This document shows positions 62,795 through 64,000 of a stretch of DNA of 64,000 nt, piece by piece; position 1 is the first letter of the stretch; each line of letters starts with the position of its first letter. Under the pieces are notes generated by a model, which saw nothing but the letters and a program-made list of their open reading frames with translations, ran no database searches and had not been told where the DNA came from. Origin of the DNA: Candidatus Dormiibacterota bacterium (GTDB lineage Bacteria > Chloroflexota > Dormibacteria > Aeolococcales > Aeolococcaceae); contig DAINCY010000004.1 in NCBI GenBank assembly GCA_036732145.1, positions 8,870 to 72,869 of the forward strand, given 5' to 3'. Both the position numbers and the translations under genes were made by a program.

Positions 62795-64000
62795 GTGGTC
62801 ATCTGGGTGATGTTGGCGCTGCTTTTGCTGCTTTCCGCCGCCGACGTCCTGCTCCGCTCCATCGACGGTCGCCGTGCTGCGACGGCAGAGTTCGGCATCC
62901 CAGGCGCGGACATCGCCATCCCCCTGGTATTCGCGTCAGTGGGAGCCATGGTTGCCTCACGACAGCATCGCAATGCAGTCGGGTGGGTGTTCCTCACAGC
63001 CGGATTTTCGTGGGCACTGGCCACCGCCGCCCAGCAATATGCGATCCGGGCGCTGCTTCTGCGGCCAGGAACCCTCCCTGGCGGCTTGGTCGCCGCCTGG
63101 CTGGGGTCGTGGGCCTTCCTCCCGATCGTACCGCTGCTGGGAATCTTCCTGCCGTTGCTCTTTCCCAACGGCGATCTGCCATCGCCTCGCTGGCGGTTGT
63201 TCGCCAGGGTGGCGGGTCTCGTGGCCATTGTCGCCATCGTCGTCGACGCGATCCCCCCGGCCTCCTTGGCCGTCACCGACGGGGGCGAACTGCAGAACAG
63301 CCCCCTGCTTGACCCCTCCTCGCAGCACGTGTTGAGCAAACTCGCCGCGATCCTGCAGCTGGTTCTGATCGCGTGCTCGGTGGTAGCCGTGGTCGGCATG
63401 GTCAGGCGCTATCGGCGCTCGGCGCACGAGTTGCGGCAACAGCTCAAGTGGTTTCTCTTCATGGGATCCATCCTTGCGCTGGCGCTGCTCGCCACCTTCT
63501 TCACTGCATCCTCCAGCTCGGCGGCGTCCAACATCGCATCCGCATTGTTCGTGGCGGCTGCGCTTGGACTGCCGACAGCGACCGCAGTCGCAATCTTCAA
63601 ATACCGCCTCTATGACATCGATGTGGTCATCAGCCGCACCCTGGTGTATGGCGCACTTGCCGGGTTCATCACTGCGGTGTACGTCGGGATCGCGGTGGGC
63701 ATCGGCACGTTGGTGGGCAGTGGTGGCAAGCCCAACCTGGGGCTGTCGATCCTGGCCACGGGAATCGTGGCGGTGGGGTTCCAGCCGGTGCGCGAGCGGC
63801 TGCAGAAGGTGGCCAACCGGCTGGTGTACGGGAAGCGAGCCACTCCGTATGAGGTCCTCTCGCAATTCTCCGAACGTGTCGCCGAGTCCTACGCGAGCGA
63901 GGATGTCCTGCCCCGGATGGCACGCGTCCTCGCCGAAGGGACCAACGCCGACCTCGCGGAGGTCTGGTTGCGCAGCGGTGACGCTCTGCAACGTGCAGCG
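62795..64000 (+). CDS. sensor histidine kinase, N-terminal membrane/sensor part (3' end beyond the window)
   Basis: Absent from the ORF track because it is open at the right edge. Multi-TM region, then KYRLYDIDVVISRTLVYGALAG...VGFQPVRERLQKVANRLVYGKRATPYEVLSQFSE, the pattern preceding GAF/HisKA_3 in actinobacterial-type kinases. The start is somewhere in 62738..62810. Confidence 0.55.
   Translation, partial: MVIWVMLALLLLLSAADVLLRSIDGRRAATAEFGIPGADIAIPLVFASVGAMVASRQHRNAVGWVFLTAGFSWALATAAQQYAIRALLLRPGTLPGGLVAAWLGSWAFLPIVPLLGIFLPLLFPNGDLPSPRWRLFARVAGLVAIVAIVVDAIPPASLAVTDGGELQNSPLLDPSSQHVLSKLAAILQLVLIACSVVAVVGMVRRYRRSAHELRQQLKWFLFMGSILALALLATFFTASSSSAASNIASALFVAAALGLPTATAVAIFKYRLYDIDVVISRTLVYGALAGFITAVYVGIAVGIGTLVGSGGKPNLGLSILATGIVAVGFQPVRERLQKVANRLVYGKRATPYEVLSQFSERVAESYASEDVLPRMARVLAEGTNADLAEVWLRSGDALQRAA

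Noticed and set aside
1-64000. CRISPR arrays, tRNA/rRNA genes, IS elements, toxin-antitoxin pairs and known defence-system genes.
   Set aside because: Scanning spacers and ORF translations by eye revealed no regularly spaced repeats, no cloverleaf-like conserved tRNA segments, no transposase/DDE motifs, and no nuclease/helicase/ATPase combinations typical of defence islands. Absence was judged by eye only.

Overview
High-GC bacterial chromosomal window with about 60 tightly packed protein genes. I found no rRNA, tRNA, CRISPR array or transposase. Many genes are joined by 4-nt GTGA/ATGA/TTGA start-stop overlaps. The long antisense ORFs in the supplied track are the usual high-GC artefacts. The left ~32 kb is a housekeeping backbone: rpsO-pnp-asd-udg-rnj-ftsK, yajQ, cinA-recA-recX, rny-spoVS-miaB-mutS-mutL-miaA, and lexA with a recognisable SOS operator motif. 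A few transporters are inserted into it. This order mirrors the cinA-recA...rny...spoVS...miaB...mutSL arrangement known from Firmicutes. Together with mutSL, RNase J/Y and SpoVS, it suggests a high-GC Terrabacteria lineage outside the classical Actinomycetia (inference only). The middle contains a Xer-type recombinase, an ArsR regulator, a LigB-type dioxygenase, and an ECF sigma/anti-sigma/ABC-2 operon. The most unusual region is 37.2-49.9 kb. It holds five amide-bond-forming ligases: three paralogous ATP-grasp proteins, one divergent RimK-like ATP-grasp, and one GCS2/YbdK ligase. They are clustered with an S51-like protein, two PF00756-type esterases, proC, a 34-aa zinc-ribbon micro-ORF, an MFS exporter fused to a cNMP-binding domain, and a SAM methyltransferase. 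I read this as a candidate ribosome-independent peptide or poly-amino-acid pathway that I cannot match to a characterised system. The right end carries housekeeping and accessory genes: an M50-like protease, an SH3 lipoprotein, an HDAC-like enzyme, pyrF and an AKR. It also carries a KdpD-lite/KdpE-like two-component pair coupled to a PRC-barrel protein and a long APC transporter. After these come menG, divergent from an unusual LLM-MenA fusion, then a CPBP protease and a 3'-truncated sensor kinase. Two edge ORFs absent from the supplied track were found by hand: a lipoprotein at 1..612 (-) and a sensor kinase at 62795..64000 (+). All functional calls rest on motif recognition by eye; no searches were run.
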